A stretch of 63,694 bases of DNA, the filler included, from Octopus bimaculoides (Eukaryota), in assembly GCF_001194135.2 (NCBI RefSeq). It is 6 parts of 6 records of this genome, joined end to end, with 100 filler letters (N's around TTAATTAATTAA, not from the genome) between each part and the next. Parts side by side here need not be neighbours in the genome. Positions count along the whole stretch, not along the records: positions 61,785 to 63,694 come from NW_026433393.1; 5 more parts are not named here. The stretch is one strand, 5' to 3'. The translations under genes were made by a program, and so were the position numbers. Shown piece after piece: positions 62,451 to 63,694 of this stretch (within the stretch, counting starts at the first letter, position 1; each line of letters begins with the position of its first letter). Under the pieces are notes generated by a model. That model had not been told where the DNA came from. It saw nothing but the letters and a program-made list of their open reading frames with translations, and ran no database searches.

Positions 62451-63479
62451 ANNNNNNNNNNNNNNNNNNNNNNNNNNNNNNNNNNNNNNNNNNNNNNNNN
62501 NNNNNNNNNNNNNNNNNNNNNNNNNNNNNNNNNNNNNNNNNNNNNNNNNNNNNNNNNNNNNNNNNNNNNNNNNNNNNNNNNNNNNNNNNNNNNNNNNNNN
62601 NNNNNNNNNNNNNNNNNNNNNNNNNNNNNNNNNNNNNNNNNNNNNNNNNNNNNNNNNNNNNNNNNNNNNNNNNNNNNNNNNNNNNNNNNNNNNNNNNNNN
62701 NNNNNNNNNNNNNNNNNNNNNNNNNNNNNNNNNNNNNNNNNNNNNNNNNNNNNNNNNNNNNNNNNNNNNNNNNNNNNNNNNNNNNNNNNNNNNNNNNNNN
62801 NNNNNNNNNNNNNNNNNNNNNNNNNNNNNNNNNNNNNNNNNNNNNNNNNNNNNNNNNNNNNNNNNNNNNNNNNNNNNNNNNNNNNNNNNNNNNNNNNNNN
62901 NNNNNNNNNNNNNNNNNNNNNNNNNNNNNNNNNNNNNNNNNNNNNNNNNNNNNNNNNNNNNNNNNNNNNNNNNNNNNNNNNNNNNNNNNNNNNNNNNNNN
63001 NNNNNNNNNNNNNNNNNNNNNNNNNNNNNNNNNNNNNNNNNNNNNNNNNNNNNNNNNNNNNNNNNNNNNNNNNNNNNNNNNNNNNNNNNNNNNNNNNNNN
63101 NNNNNNNNNNNNNNNNNNNNNNNNNNNNNNNNNNNNNNNNNNNNNNNNNNNNNNNNNNNNNNNNNNNNNNNNNNNNNNNNNNNNNNNNNNNNNNNNNNNN
63201 NNNNNNNNTGGTGGTGGTGGTGGTGGTGGTGGTGATGGTGATGATGGTGATGGTAGTTGAATATTCATTGATTTTAACCCCAGATCAGTTCTCATCTTGC
63301 CGTTGTATGAACAACCAGTGGATTCCAGCCATGAACCTCCCACCTTTGTCCAATCCCGGACAGCCTTATCCAATCTGTTCTCAGTTGTTTAGACAGTGTA
63401 GTGTAATATAAGGGAAATTTAGCTGCTATTTCTTGCGCATTAAGTGAGCATGAAGAGCCGTAGTGTCTCAGTGGTTCTT

Positions 63480-63694
63480 TAACTACGGCCATGCTGGGGC
63501 ATCGTCAATAAGAATTTTATTCAAACTAGTCGAATCGACACCAGAACTTATTTCTTAAAGCCTTGTAGATAGTCTGTTCTATCGGTCACTTTTGCCGAAA
63601 CGCAAGGTGAGGTGGACGTAAACACACAAACATCGGATGTCAAGCCGTGGTGGAGGCCAACATAAATACAAATAAACACACACACACACACACA
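63480..63694 (-). mobile_element. SINE family B 3' half, degenerate
   Basis: GGCCATGCTGGGGCA...TTCTATCGGTCACTTTTGCCGAA...GACGTAAACAC...TGTCAAGC. Confidence 0.8.

Overview
This is gappy, AT-rich, microsatellite-dense animal genomic DNA. The SINE repertoire and repeat landscape point to an octopus genome (inference). About a fifth of the window is N gaps, several carrying an artificial TTAATTAATTAA linker. I recognise no intact host gene. The window is mostly decayed mobile DNA: CR1/L2-type, R4/Dong-type, RTE-type and Tx1/L1-type LINE fragments, Penelope-like elements (PLEs), a Helitron fragment, Tc1/mariner relics and MITE-like foldbacks, a Mag-type Gypsy LTR+PBS+gag, and many tRNA-derived SINEs, two of them with clean target-site duplications. 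The most interesting signals are: (1) a hammerhead ribozyme with an intact catalytic core, palindromic helix III and an unusually long helix II at 58720-58815; (2) two further minimal hammerhead-like motifs with variant cores at 14620 and 49031; (3) a PLE whose RT gene is split into two oppositely oriented halves meeting at a 6-nt microhomology, the geometry expected from twin-priming 5' inversion; (4) a lone exon-like segment resembling a bHLH basic region. A few low-confidence spliced gene models are offered as hypotheses only. All family assignments come from manual translation and motif recognition; no database searches were run.
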